Made by a program: the position numbers and the translations under genes
NCBI GenBank assembly: GCA_964619725.1
Contig: CAZUFC010000047.1
Location: 1 to 56,982 of the forward strand
DNA: 56,982 nt
Origin: an uncultured bacterium
Lineage (GTDB): Bacteria; CSSED10-310; CAZUFC01
Direction: 5' to 3'
Notes under the pieces: generated by a model
Seen by the model: only the letters and a program-made list of their open reading frames with translations
Databases searched by the model: none
Told to the model about the DNA's origin: nothing
Shown: one piece after another, positions 45,425-56,221 of the stretch
How positions within the stretch are numbered: position 1 is the stretch's first letter
Layout: every line of letters begins with the position of its first letter

Positions 45425-48400
45425 CTATTGACTCAGTTTCTTCAGTTCAACGTATGCTTTAAAAAGCATCGGTCGGTAGTCCATATTTTTAAATATCTCC
45501 TTTGCGTCAGTCAAATGCTTCAACGCTTCCGAACTCCTTCCTGCAGAAGCACAGAAACGCCCATATTCCAGCAGAGTAACTCCCAACTCACGCTTCCGGT
45601 TTTCTTTTTTAAAAATCTCAAGACTCTTTTTGAAGCGCTCCTCCGCCTCTATCGCATTACCCCGCATGCTCTGCACCATCGCCTCAATTCGCAGCCTTTT
45701 CCCGATGGTCGTCCTTTGCGTCTCCTCCTTTTCAGCGATACTGCGGCATAAAATCATAGCTTTTTCTGCATTTCCCCTTCCTATCATCGCCTCGCATAAT
45801 CCTAACTCGCCGTTTATCATTAAATTCGTCAACCCATTCCGCTTCGCAGACTGAACAGCCTTCTGGAACAATTTCCCGGAAACATCGTATCTTTTCCTCA
45901 GTATCTCCAAATACCCCAAATTAACGATAGCCTGTATCTTCCACGAATTAGTCTCCGGTAGCTCCGCCATATCAATCACCCGGGTAAAGCATTTTTCCGC
46001 AGAATTCAGCGCACCTTTCGTTACATTCAAATTGCCCAGATTTATCAACGATAAAGGCATACTATTAGTCTTGCCGAAATGCTCCGCAGCCGACAAACTT
46101 CGCCTGTAATACTGCTCGGCTTCCCGCCATCGCCATTGGGCCGAATAGGTTAATCCCAGGTTATTATTAATGATGATCCAACTGTTATGATCGCCTATAA
46201 CCCCGCATATCTTCAATGCTTCCGTAAAATATTCCCTGGCTTTTTCGTAATCGCCTTCACTGTAACTGATCGTTCCTAAATTATGAAAACATGACATCTG
46301 TCCCGATTGATCCTCTGTCTGACGGAAATGCCCTAAAGCCATGCGGAACCGTTCGCCTGCCTCCCCAAATTTTCCCTGACGATACAGCAGCGAAGCCAGG
46401 TTATTTTCCAGCCTGGCCTTTTCTGATGTCTCAAGCAAATCATCTCTTCGGTTTTGCTCAATGATTTCCCTGTAAAGTTCGCCGGCCTTCTCGAAGAATC
46501 CCGATTGGGTATTCCATTCACCATAAGAAAATTTAATCCGCAATTTCTGAGCCGCTGTTTCATCATTCTGAACCGCAGCATCAAGAGCATTTGAAGCTTG
46601 ATCGAGTAAGCTTTTCGCTTCATCCATTCCGCCGATCCGCTGCAAACAATTGGCTTTCATCTGCAAACCGATGGATGCCTCCAACGGCAGTCCTCTTTCT
46701 GTAAAATACTCAGCCAAAAAACGATAATAATCAAGCGCTGTCCGCCATTTTCCCATTTCATACAATGAACGGGCAGCGCTTCGTATAACACGGATTTCCA
46801 GCTCCTTCAATTCCCTTTTTCTATTTGAATGAAAAACCAGCCTTCCGCTTTCATTTTCAAGAGGAATAAATTTCATGATACTGGAAAATACGCCGTAGGC
46901 ATCCTCCAGGTTGTAACGTTTCCGGTTCTCATATCCCAGCTCGAATCCGAACCTCAGTCCCCGTTCGGCATCGCCTGCTTCAATGAAATGATAGGCCTTC
47001 ATTCGCTTTATGGTCATATCTTCGTCACTTTCAGAAAACCTGTGAATCAGATAATCTCCTATTTTTCGATGCATCCGGACGTATTCCCCGGAAGATACTC
47101 TTTCCCGCAAGCAATCCCGCAGCATGGCGTGTGAAAAGGAGTACCAGGGTTCTCCGGGAGCAGTTTTTCTGACAAGCATACCCTGTTCGACCAGGGAATC
47201 GATCATAGAAGACGCTGTTGCGTCTGTCGTTTCCAGCAAGGCTGAAACCATCTTTTGCGTAAATCCTGTTTCAAAAAGAGCGAGCATCTTTATTTTTTCA
47301 ATTGAATTATGAGTGAATTTTTTCAGATTATAAACGCAGTAACTTTTTGCATCATCAATGGGTATCTGTTCAATATATTCCGGGGAAATGTTTTTGAATA
47401 GGCGGCGTCCCTTTGAAAAATCCAATTGCTTTTCGGAAATCATAGTCTGCAACAGTATTTTCAAATAGAGGAGATTGCCGCGCGTGCGACGGTAAAGCGC
47501 GTTAACCGCATCCGGGGGTATTTCTGACTCCAGGACGTAAAGAAAATCCAAGCAATACCTTGTTATTTCATCCTTGCTGAAAAATTGAAGTTTTGTCCAT
47601 TTTTTGGGATCAACGAAGGGAAACTTCTCCAGAGAATTTTCAGACGCGCTCATTACCGCGAAAAGCGGCTTATCATTGACGCAGGTCATAACGCGATGAA
47701 GGTAGTAATTCATGGCCTGGCGATCCAGCCCCTTCAGCAGATGGGCATCATCAAAAATCACGGCTGCTGGTTTGCGTTTCGATGTAATTTCCAATCGCGT
47801 GAGGGCACGGCGAAATTCTTCCGGCAGGCGTCCCCTTATTTGCCTTTCCGTTGAATTTGAATAATCCGCTTCATTTTCGAGATGCTCCTCCTCAGAGGCG
47901 CCGGCAATATTCTCCGCAAAACTGATCATATCCGCAGTCACGTCAGTTCTATCTTTCGCTCCAACCATCAATGCAGGAATATTCATTACCTCAAAACGAT
48001 TCCTCAGTTCATCCAGCATTCTCGTTTTGCCGCAGGAAGGTCCGCCCGTGATGAAAAAGGCTCTATCCCCCTTCCGTTCGTTTATCCGGCTTATCATTCC
48101 TTCAAGCAATTGTTGACGGCATGAAAAAAACTGTATCGCCGGTTCCGGGATAAAATCATCAACGTTATGCCCGTCTTCTTCAGCCAACGCTCGGATGACC
48201 TCAGCGCATTGCCCCGGCGACGGCCGATAAGCAGGTCGCCTGGCCAGCATGGAATAAACCAGTCGTGAAAGCTTCTCGGGAAAATCAACTCTCAAGCTGC
48301 TTTCAATTCGTGGAACGGGTTTCTTCAGATGAGCTTCCAGCAATTCTGCTCGCGTATCGCCCGAATAGGGCGGAGAACCTGTAAAAATCTCATGCCAGAT

Positions 48401-49000
48401 CACTCCTAAAGCATATATGTCAGCCGCAGCTCCCGTTTTATGCCCCCTGATGACCTCCGGCGCCATATAACCCACGGTTCCTGATACCTTCCCTTCACTT
48501 TCGGCCGCCTCAAGCGGTTCAGCCAATCCGAAATCCAGAAGCTTAATCCGGCCTGTTCCGCTTAACCGTATGTTGGACGGCTTAATGTCCCCGTGCCTGT
48601 AACCGTTCCGGTGTATAAATCGGAGCCCCTGAAGCAAATGGAAACTCTGAAACAGAAATTCGCGGTCCGGATGTCCCGGTTCAACGCCTGAACCGTATTC
48701 TGCACCGTCTACCAATTCCATAGTAAAAAATGGCTTACCGTCATATTGCCCGAAATTCATTATCTCCACTACATTGGGATGTCGAAGAGCCGATAATTTG
48801 CGGAATTCGGCGGAAAGACTCTCGCCGTCTGAGTCGGACCTGCGGAAAAACTTCAGCGCCAACTTACGGCCATACCGCACGTCCGTTACCCGATAAACGA
48901 CAGAATCCAATCCCTCGCCAAGCTTTTCTTCAACATGATAACGATTTTGTATGATTTTACATGTTAAATCCATCTGAACGGTAAGCTGCGCCCCTTTCAC
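45425..49000 (-). CDS. Ser/Thr kinase - P-loop NTPase - TPR protein (STAND-like)
   Basis: ALK, HGDIKPSN, DFG, YMAPE; GGPSCGKT Walker A, IFDDAH Walker B, GNLLYL; MalT-like TPR array. Start may be ATG 48973. Confidence 0.9.
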   Translation of the reverse strand: MKGAQLTVQMDLTCKIIQNRYHVEEKLGEGLDSVVYRVTDVRYGRKLALKFFRRSDSDGESLSAEFRKLSALRHPNVVEIMNFGQYDGKPFFTMELVDGAEYGSGVEPGHPDREFLFQSFHLLQGLRFIHRNGYRHGDIKPSNIRLSGTGRIKLLDFGLAEPLEAAESEGKVSGTVGYMAPEVIRGHKTGAAADIYALGVIWHEIFTGSPPYSGDTRAELLEAHLKKPVPRIESSLRVDFPEKLSRLVYSMLARRPAYRPSPGQCAEVIRALAEEDGHNVDDFIPEPAIQFFSCRQQLLEGMISRINERKGDRAFFITGGPSCGKTRMLDELRNRFEVMNIPALMVGAKDRTDVTADMISFAENIAGASEEEHLENEADYSNSTERQIRGRLPEEFRRALTRLEITSKRKPAAVIFDDAHLLKGLDRQAMNYYLHRVMTCVNDKPLFAVMSASENSLEKFPFVDPKKWTKLQFFSKDEITRYCLDFLYVLESEIPPDAVNALYRRTRGNLLYLKILLQTMISEKQLDFSKGRRLFKNISPEYIEQIPIDDAKSYCVYNLKKFTHNSIEKIKMLALFETGFTQKMVSALLETTDATASSMIDSLVEQGMLVRKTAPGEPWYSFSHAMLRDCLRERVSSGEYVRMHRKIGDYLIHRFSESDEDMTIKRMKAYHFIEAGDAERGLRFGFELGYENRKRYNLEDAYGVFSSIMKFIPLENESGRLVFHSNRKRELKELEIRVIRSAARSLYEMGKWRTALDYYRFLAEYFTERGLPLEASIGLQMKANCLQRIGGMDEAKSLLDQASNALDAAVQNDETAAQKLRIKFSYGEWNTQSGFFEKAGELYREIIEQNRRDDLLETSEKARLENNLASLLYRQGKFGEAGERFRMALGHFRQTEDQSGQMSCFHNLGTISYSEGDYEKAREYFTEALKICGVIGDHNSWIIINNNLGLTYSAQWRWREAEQYYRRSLSAAEHFGKTNSMPLSLINLGNLNVTKGALNSAEKCFTRVIDMAELPETNSWKIQAIVNLGYLEILRKRYDVSGKLFQKAVQSAKRNGLTNLMINGELGLCEAMIGRGNAEKAMILCRSIAEKEETQRTTIGKRLRIEAMVQSMRGNAIEAEERFKKSLEIFKKENRKRELGVTLLEYGRFCASAGRSSEALKHLTDAKEIFKNMDYRPMLFKAYVELKKLSQ

Positions 49001-49160
49001 CGATTCTTCAATATGTTAACTCGATCATCATCTAAAAGCAACAGTCCGGCAGCAGGACTGCGTTCGATTGAATCCCCTTTGACGTAATTTTTCAACACCA
49101 CATAATCTTACGGAAAAAAAAGATACTTTTCCGGCGCTTATGAGCTTCGGCAGCTCATGC

Positions 49161-49201
49161 ATAAAAAAAGCCCGAACGAGCCTCGTTCGGGCTTTTTTTA
49201 T
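49161..49201. terminator. Intrinsic (bidirectional) terminator
   Basis: Perfect 20-bp inverted repeat ATAAAAAAAGCCCGAACGAG-C-CTCGTTCGGGCTTTTTTTAT just downstream of the Spy-like gene. Confidence 0.9.
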
Positions 49202-49234
49202 AATAATCAGCGTCTTATACGGACACTGCGGATA

Positions 49235-49744
49235 CTACCATTCCGGATCATTCATCATGCGCCCCTGGCCTCCGCCGTGCCTCCGGCCCCGGCGTCGTTC
49301 TCTCCTTTCAGCTCTGCGTTCTTTCCTGTCTTCCCATCGCATTGATTTAAACTCATCCACTTGCTCTTCCGTCAACACCTTGCGAATCGCCAGCATATTG
49401 TCGATCCTTAATTTCTTTCCCGCTTTTTCCAAATCAGCAATTTTATCAATCAAACTGTAAAGATTCTCTTTGCTCGGCTCATCCTTCTGAAGCTCCAACC
49501 GCATCTCTTCCCTTAATCCTCTCATCTCAGAGCGGTTTTTCTGCATAGCATCTCTCGCATCAGCTTTAATCTCAATAATCTGATCGATCTGCTCATCGGT
49601 TAAATCCAATTCTTCCACGAATTCTTCTATCCGGGCCATTCCGTCTCCGCCGAATCCGGAGTTTCCTTTGCCCCGGAATCCCTGGGCCTGCACTGAAAAT
49701 GTTGCGGCCAGCAACAGCATCAACGTGATTGTGATTGTTTTCAT
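49235..49744 (-). CDS. Spy/CpxP-family periplasmic protein
   Basis: Signal peptide (VQA), two LTxEQ motifs (LDLTDEQ, VLTEEQ), SD GAGGAGG. Confidence 0.88.
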   Translation of the reverse strand: MKTITITLMLLLAATFSVQAQGFRGKGNSGFGGDGMARIEEFVEELDLTDEQIDQIIEIKADARDAMQKNRSEMRGLREEMRLELQKDEPSKENLYSLIDKIADLEKAGKKLRIDNMLAIRKVLTEEQVDEFKSMRWEDRKERRAERRERRRGRRHGGGQGRMMNDPEW

Positions 49745-49860
49745 GTTAACCTCCTCGTAAAAAACTAAAAAATCTGAATTAATCGAATCATCGGTTCAAG
49801 GCGCCCTGATTGCCTTCCTCGGAATCGATCCTTCATCCGTTACGAATCAAATTCCATACA

Positions 49861-49888
49861 TGTAGATTCATGAGCGGCTAAAAAGTTT
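49861..49888 (-). promoter_or_regulatory. Putative ECF (sigmaE-like) promoter for the Spy/CpxP gene
   Basis: Minus strand AAACTT-N16-TCTACA, resembling the RpoE-type GAACTT-N16-TCNAA consensus. Confidence 0.45.
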
Positions 49889-49906
49889 AATGAGCATCTG
49901 AAAAAT

Positions 49907-52072
49907 TTAAAATGGAATCCATAATTCCTTTAAATTCAATTCGTAACGAACAGACGCCTTCAGTTCCGTATCCCCGTCGAACACCTTGAAATAATAAATC
50001 AACTTGTCGCCGTCAATGTCTTTGCCCGGCACTACCGCACTGAATTCCGGCCATTTTCCCCGTCTTTTCATTCCCAACTTTTTAAAATTTCTGCCTTCCG
50101 AAGTTCCGTAAAACATCAAACACCGCCCATCGCCGCCGATGCCTTCCACACGGACCTCAACATCGTAATCCTGATGCTTCTTGTGCCCTTCCGCCGCACT
50201 ATGAAAAAACGCAACAGGCCTTAGAATCTTTTCACACTCCTTTTCCATCTCCCTCAATGATTCCCGGATTTCAGTCGGGTATAACGCTTTGAACTTTTCA
50301 ATTTCCCTTATGCAATCCCGGCAATTTTCTTCGGCAAAAAGACCGGATATTTTGTCGAGCAGCGCTTTTCTTGCATTTATTTCATCTGTTTCGGCTGTTT
50401 CAGTTTCATGTGTTTCATCATCACGTCCCTCAGCAAGAGTCGAATCATCCACCCGATCTTTAACGCCTTCTTCCGCTGCAGGAACACCGTTCTGATGCTC
50501 CGCACGCTTTTCCGATCCCTCGCTTTCCTGATATGAACCGATCAGTCCGGACGGTTCATGCGCTTCTCCAGGCCTTCTCTTCACGGACCGACCGGCCACT
50601 CCTGCCTTCTCTGCCTCAGTCGAACGCTTTTCCAAACGGTTGTTCCGATCAGAGACAAAATTCTTTCTTTGAGGCGATGTATGACCGGATTTTGAGCCGT
50701 CTTCTTTTCGCGGGGCGACGCTGCTTCCGCTTTCCGGCACGTCCGGCAGCGCAAAAACAGGCGCTTCCATGAACACGGCAGCGATATTTGGACTGCGAAT
50801 CACATCAATTTCAGAAGCATCGAAGGGTTCCGCCTCCAGCGGCAATTCGTCTCCCTCTTCTTCGTCATCAACGACCTCTTCGCTTTCATGGTTAACATAT
50901 GCTGTTTGCCGGCCGGCCTCGGAAAACGACTCGAATATGAAGTCACGATGATTCCACCCTAACAGTAATATGATTATGGGAAACGCCGCTAACGCAACAA
51001 TTGCCGCAATGCGTCGCTTTCGGCCGCGCTTTTGAGAAACTTCAACGCCGTGAATCTTCGTGCTTAACGACGGAGTGGAACGGTCGCATCCTTCCTCATT
51101 CCCGGAATATCCTTCCTTATGACTCAACAACTCTGTGTCGGACGTCCCGTATTCCTGTTCCGCAGGAAGAATCCTCCGCGTCTCCGCCTTACCCGGAATC
51201 GATTTTACCGCACCCTTCACCCCTTCAAAAAAATCCGTCACCCTTGCATAACGATCTTCGGGTGACTTAGCCACCGCTCTCAAACTCACTTCGTCCAGCT
51301 CCGGCGGAACCGATCCGTTCAGCATACTCGGCTTCACAGGCTTCTCATTCATGATCTTCCACCAAACCTGCGGCGGTCCCTCACCCTTAAACATCATCCT
51401 CCCCGTCAGCATCTCATAAAATACGCAACCCAATGAAAAAATATCCGTGCGAATATTCGATATCCCGTCTTTCAGATATTCCGGCGCCGAGTAATTGTAC
51501 GTGCACGCTATGTTGCCCGTGCTCATTATCGTCGACGTTTCCGGCGATAAAATCTTCGCTATCCCGAAATCCGTCAGCTTCACCAGCCCCTCTTCCGTTA
51601 TCATTATATTCTCTGGCTTTATGTCACGGTGCAGTATCTCCTTCTTGTGCGCATAATCAAGACCCTTACATATCTGCTCGAATGACGATATGACTTCACC
51701 TAAATTCAATCCGCTCCCGCCGTGTATCAAACTCTTGAAATTACGTCCCTCTATCAACTCCATGCAAATATAAGGATATCCCTCATATCGTCCTATATCG
51801 TAAATCACTACTATATTGGGATGACTTAACTTCGCCGATGCACGCGCTTCTCTTAACAACATTCGCGCCGTCAGCTCGCTCGAATTCTCAGCTTCCAGCC
51901 TGTCCAATCTTATCGTCTTTAACGCTACCCTGCGATTCAGCAGCATATCTTCTGCCCGATACAACACCCCCATCCCGCCATATCCTATTATCCCCTCTAC
52001 CCGATAGCGCTCCGCTATGGTCTCGCCGGACCTGAATCCACGAAATCCCTTGTTGCTTGAATTCGACTTCAT
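49907..52072 (-). CDS. Membrane Ser/Thr protein kinase (Hanks type) with extracytoplasmic Ig-like domain
   Basis: IGYGGMG, VALK, HRDIKPEN, DFG, YSAPE; one TM (IAAIVALAAFPIIILLLGW); C-terminal beta domain. Confidence 0.92.
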   Translation of the reverse strand: MKSNSSNKGFRGFRSGETIAERYRVEGIIGYGGMGVLYRAEDMLLNRRVALKTIRLDRLEAENSSELTARMLLREARASAKLSHPNIVVIYDIGRYEGYPYICMELIEGRNFKSLIHGGSGLNLGEVISSFEQICKGLDYAHKKEILHRDIKPENIMITEEGLVKLTDFGIAKILSPETSTIMSTGNIACTYNYSAPEYLKDGISNIRTDIFSLGCVFYEMLTGRMMFKGEGPPQVWWKIMNEKPVKPSMLNGSVPPELDEVSLRAVAKSPEDRYARVTDFFEGVKGAVKSIPGKAETRRILPAEQEYGTSDTELLSHKEGYSGNEEGCDRSTPSLSTKIHGVEVSQKRGRKRRIAAIVALAAFPIIILLLGWNHRDFIFESFSEAGRQTAYVNHESEEVVDDEEEGDELPLEAEPFDASEIDVIRSPNIAAVFMEAPVFALPDVPESGSSVAPRKEDGSKSGHTSPQRKNFVSDRNNRLEKRSTEAEKAGVAGRSVKRRPGEAHEPSGLIGSYQESEGSEKRAEHQNGVPAAEEGVKDRVDDSTLAEGRDDETHETETAETDEINARKALLDKISGLFAEENCRDCIREIEKFKALYPTEIRESLREMEKECEKILRPVAFFHSAAEGHKKHQDYDVEVRVEGIGGDGRCLMFYGTSEGRNFKKLGMKRRGKWPEFSAVVPGKDIDGDKLIYYFKVFDGDTELKASVRYELNLKELWIPF

Positions 52073-52313
52073 TTCAATATCCGATGAATTATTACCTTCC
52101 GCTCAGTCTGCCTTCCGTTTGTTCTCACTTACCATTTATACAAATATTATTCAAAAAGTAAAGGGTAGTTACAATAAAAACCGTTTTTCATCAAATTTCA
52201 TCACAGAAGCAGACAAAACTTCAGGCAAGGAATTCTGGAAAACAGGCGTTATACTGCCTGTGTTCCTATGCCGTCCGTTAATGCAACTCTTTCAACCCCG
52301 GCGCCGTTCCTGA

Positions 52314-53684
52314 TCATTCGAAAAATACTTTGAGTATTATATCCTCCATTTTCATTCCTCTCGACCCTTTAAACAGGATCAGATCGCCTTTGCCTGCGTT
52401 CAGTCTGATTTTGTCGGCGATCTCTTGTTTCGACATGGAATGAAAGGTCCGGGAAGGCGGCATCCCATCAGCGACAGCGCCTTTAACGATATTGTCGCTG
52501 AGTTCACCGAAGCAGCAGAGATAATCGAATTGTAATTGACTCACCAGTTTTCCGGTTTGGTAGTGGAGTCTTTGAGCTGAGGGGCCCAATTCGAGCATAT
52601 CGCCGAGGACGGCAATCCTTTTAGCTTGAACGGGAATTTCAGCGACGGTCGTGAGCGCTTCCCTAACGGAGCGTGGTGCGGCGTTGTAGCAATCATTAAC
52701 GATCAGTATTCCATTTTTGGTATAAGCTTGCATTCTCATGGAGGGGGCTTTGAACTGGTGCAGGACGAGTTTTATTTTTTCAGTGTTGACGCCGAGTTCG
52801 GAGGCAGCGGCAATGGCGGCCAGGGCATTGGAGACGTTGTGTTTTCCGAGAAGCGGAATTTCATATGATCCGGCCGGAGCTCCCTTTTTTATCTTGAAAC
52901 GATAGCGCCCCTGGGAGGAAGCTTTGAGATCGTAAGCGACATAATGTGCATCGCTGTGCAGGGCGAACGTTTTTGATTCAGCGCTGGAAGCCCCGATCAG
53001 TCTGCTGACGAATGGGTCGTCTGCGTTCAGGAAAGCTTTTCCGTTTTGCGGCAGGGAATTTATGAGGATGCTTTTTTCCCGGAAGACGGCATCTCTGGTT
53101 TCAAAGAATTCGGTATGAGAATATTCGACGTTAAGAAACAGACCGTGGCGGGGTTGCGTCATATCTACCAGACATTTCATTTCTCCGGGTTTGCTGACGC
53201 CCAGTTCAGCGACCATGAACTCATATTCGTCCGTCAAATTGAACAGGGCCAGCGGGATACCGATCTGACCGTTGAGGTTTCTGGGGGTTTTGAATGTGGG
53301 CTTATAAGAATCCAGAAGGGCCGCAAGCATGTCTTTAGTGGTTGTTTTTCCATGACTGCCGGTTATGGCTATGACGTCGAGCCTGAATTTATTTCTGTAG
53401 TGTGCCGCCAGCCGCTGCAGGGCCTGCAGCGTATCCCTGACTTGAACGACGGGAACGGATAACTCAGCAACGGATTCAGATGAAAAAACGGCAGCCGCTC
53501 CCTTGTCTACGCTTTCGCGGATAAAAGCATGCCCGTTGAATTTATCACCGATCAGCGGAACGAAAAGCTCACCCCGTTCAACAGTCCGTGAATCCGTATT
53601 AACGCCTCTGATTATTCGTTCTTTATCTCCGTTGATACGACCGCCAACCGCGGCATTGATTTCTGAAAGACTCATCGGCAGCAT
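52314..53684 (-). CDS. murF: UDP-N-acetylmuramoyl-tripeptide--D-Ala-D-Ala ligase
   Basis: DSR, AITGSHGKTTTKD, NDCYNAAP, LGDMLELG, KGSRGMKME. Confidence 0.95.
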   Translation of the reverse strand: MLPMSLSEINAAVGGRINGDKERIIRGVNTDSRTVERGELFVPLIGDKFNGHAFIRESVDKGAAAVFSSESVAELSVPVVQVRDTLQALQRLAAHYRNKFRLDVIAITGSHGKTTTKDMLAALLDSYKPTFKTPRNLNGQIGIPLALFNLTDEYEFMVAELGVSKPGEMKCLVDMTQPRHGLFLNVEYSHTEFFETRDAVFREKSILINSLPQNGKAFLNADDPFVSRLIGASSAESKTFALHSDAHYVAYDLKASSQGRYRFKIKKGAPAGSYEIPLLGKHNVSNALAAIAAASELGVNTEKIKLVLHQFKAPSMRMQAYTKNGILIVNDCYNAAPRSVREALTTVAEIPVQAKRIAVLGDMLELGPSAQRLHYQTGKLVSQLQFDYLCCFGELSDNIVKGAVADGMPPSRTFHSMSKQEIADKIRLNAGKGDLILFKGSRGMKMEDIILKVFFE

Positions 53685-54009
53685 TAGAATGCTCCTTGAT
53701 AAAAATCAGCATTTTCTGCTGACGGGACGATATTGTTTCGTGAGAATTTTTTGCTCTATTCCGGGTTTTCATAACTCATTTCACAATTTCTTATCAAAGC
53801 AAGGTCAGGAGTTCAGAAATTCCGCAAAGCGGAATAATCAATAATCGTGTCGCGAGTATTGATACATACAGTAAATTCGGAGGACGATCAAGAATATTCG
53901 CGCATTCGTCCCATAACAATGTTGAATGAAATTCATGTTTGAATTATAATGGTATTCCATCTGACGGGAGTCAGATTCATCGTTTCAAGGAGAAAGAGAG
54001 GTTTTAAAC

Positions 54010-55227
54010 ATGACTTTGGGACTCATCAAAAGAAAAGGATTAAAGACCCTATCGAATGTTTTCACAATCATCGCGGCTGTTCTTCTGGCGCTTTCGATGC
54101 TCCTCGGCTGCGGCAAGACGGACGAAAAAAACGCTGACAAGCCTCCTAAAATGGAAGCCAAAAAAGAACAACCCGACAAACCGGAGAAACCGAAGGGTCA
54201 GATGCGAGCGGAAAAGAAACAGCAGGTAGACGAAAACGCTCCCCAAATAGTATTCGATAAAACAGAACATGATTTTGGGGAAGTCGAACAAAATACCGAA
54301 CTGACTCACGTATTCAAATTCAAAAACCAGGGAAAATCAGACCTGGAAATACAGGACCTGACCACCGGCCCCGGAGCCCAGGCGGAACTTGAAGGCGAAA
54401 GCGTCATACCGCCGGGCGGAGAAGGCGGCGTGAAAGTGACATTTGATACGGAAACCTTGCGAGGAAGGCGTTCCAAATCCGTCAGGATAGTCACGAATGA
54501 TCCCCGGGAAAATCGTATGAGGCTCCGAGTCACGGCATCCATCATGAGCGATCTGGAAATCAGGCCCAGAAGGATATATTTCGGCCGCGTCGATGTGGAC
54601 TCAAAAATAGAAAAAGACCTTAAACTCATCGCCAGAGAGCCGGAAAAAGTCAAAATTGAGTCCCTGGAAACCTCATCCGAATATATTACAGCCGAGTTGG
54701 TGGAGGAAGAAGTTGACGGTGAAAAAAGACGATCGATCAGGATAACGCTTCTTGAGGAAGCGCCCATCGGCCGCATAAATGAAAAACTGACGGTCAAAAC
54801 AAACATTGAAAATATGGAAGAAATTATCATTCCTTTGCAGGGGCGCAAACTGGGAGATATTCAGGCCGACCCGGAAAGAATCAGGTTCGGGGACTTTACT
54901 CCGGATGCCGGATACGAAAAAACCATTAACATAATCAGCAAATCCGGAAAAGACTTCGAAATAACATCAGCAGAATCTTCGGACCCCAATGTAACCGTGG
55001 ACTATTCCAAGTCGCCCGAAGGCGGATATGATTTGACCGCTAAACTTAAAGAAGACTTTGCGGAAAGATTCCTGAGAGGTTTCATCACGATTGAAACGAA
55101 CCGCGATAATCAAAGCAAATTCAAAGTTCACTTTCAGGGTTATTTCCGTAAAAACGCCAATAAAAACAGACCTCAGCGGTCCGGTCGAGGAGCAAATCCT
55201 CAAATGGATACCGCCGGAGGAGAATAA
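54010..55227 (+). CDS. DUF1573-like Ig-fold lipoprotein
   Basis: Lipobox LLGC; 'HDFGEV...HVFKFKNQGKSDLEI...IPPGG.G...VTFDT', followed by two more Ig-like repeats. Confidence 0.8.
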   Translation: MTLGLIKRKGLKTLSNVFTIIAAVLLALSMLLGCGKTDEKNADKPPKMEAKKEQPDKPEKPKGQMRAEKKQQVDENAPQIVFDKTEHDFGEVEQNTELTHVFKFKNQGKSDLEIQDLTTGPGAQAELEGESVIPPGGEGGVKVTFDTETLRGRRSKSVRIVTNDPRENRMRLRVTASIMSDLEIRPRRIYFGRVDVDSKIEKDLKLIAREPEKVKIESLETSSEYITAELVEEEVDGEKRRSIRITLLEEAPIGRINEKLTVKTNIENMEEIIIPLQGRKLGDIQADPERIRFGDFTPDAGYEKTINIISKSGKDFEITSAESSDPNVTVDYSKSPEGGYDLTAKLKEDFAERFLRGFITIETNRDNQSKFKVHFQGYFRKNANKNRPQRSGRGANPQMDTAGGE

Positions 55228-55260
55228 TAAACGGCCAGGAGCCCTCTGAACGCTCAATCA

Positions 55261-55350
55261 TAACAGCAGAATACGGCGTTGTGAAACGGCGTCTGCCCGG
55301 AGCCATTATCATTAAGCGAAAAATATACGGACAGACGCCGTTTGCTGTTA
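55261..55350. terminator. Stem-loop between convergent genes
   Basis: AAACGGCGTCTGCCCG (55284-55299) and CGGACAGACGCCGTTT (55328-55343) inverted pair; outer TAACAGCA/TGCTGTTA. Confidence 0.5.
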
Positions 55351-55372
55351 CGGATTCATTTTCATCAGGAAT

Positions 55373-56221
55373 TCATATATCGATATAATTCCGTTTGGTT
55401 TTGCCCGCAGGAACGGTTATTTTTTTATAGCCCGCGTTTCTTAATGCCTGAATCGCTTCGCTGAAACCACTCGTCAAATGAAGCGGACTGTGTGCGTCGG
55501 AACTGACTAAGACGGGAATTTCCAATTTTTTGCATTCATGAATGATCCATTCGCTCGGGAAAAGAGAATCTACCGTCCCTCTGGCCAGTCCGCCCGTATT
55601 TACCTCTACAATTTTTTTACTTGTCGCAATTTTTTTCAAAGCGCCGTAAAGGGCATCCTTATACCAACCGGCTTGTTCGGAAAAATATCGTTCATTCCTG
55701 TTGTTATATTTAACGTAATCCAAATGACCGATGATGTCATAGGGTTCTTCCGCCGTCATCCTTCCAATTAACTCATAATACCTCTCAACGACCCTCTGAA
55801 AGTCGCCGTTATATATCTCTTCCAGCCCCCTTTTAAATTTCTCCTCATGAAAATCCACTCCCCAGGCTTCACCTCCGGCGTATCGTCCTGCAAAATGAAC
55901 CGAGCCGATCGTATAATCGAGATTCAAATCATGATAACGAGAAACCGCCGTAAAAGGGCTCCCGGGAATATAATCGATCTCCAAACCCAGCAGAATGGAA
56001 ATTTTATCGGAGTATCTTTTCCGGAGTCTTTGTATTTCATTCCTGTACGCCGGCAGATCAGATGCCTCCATGCTCCATTCCGCCCGGAACGGAAGAGGTG
56101 CATGACTCGAAAAACCCAATAAGGACATATTCTCTTCAATCGCTGATATCACATACTCCTCTGGTTCGCCTGATCCATCACAATACCGGCTGTGAGTATG
56201 AAGATTAAAAAATCTCATCAT
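55373..56221 (-). CDS. Histidinol-phosphatase, PHP family (HisJ/HisK)
   Basis: NLHTHSRYCDG, GFSSHAP, GLEIDY, IGSVH, IIGHLD, SSDAH; SD GAGGGG supports start 56221. Confidence 0.9.
   Translation of the reverse strand: MMRFFNLHTHSRYCDGSGEPEEYVISAIEENMSLLGFSSHAPLPFRAEWSMEASDLPAYRNEIQRLRKRYSDKISILLGLEIDYIPGSPFTAVSRYHDLNLDYTIGSVHFAGRYAGGEAWGVDFHEEKFKRGLEEIYNGDFQRVVERYYELIGRMTAEEPYDIIGHLDYVKYNNRNERYFSEQAGWYKDALYGALKKIATSKKIVEVNTGGLARGTVDSLFPSEWIIHECKKLEIPVLVSSDAHSPLHLTSGFSEAIQALRNAGYKKITVPAGKTKRNYIDI

Noticed and set aside
52314-53684. murF outside a dcw cluster
   Set aside because: Dispersed murF is common and the protein looks canonical.
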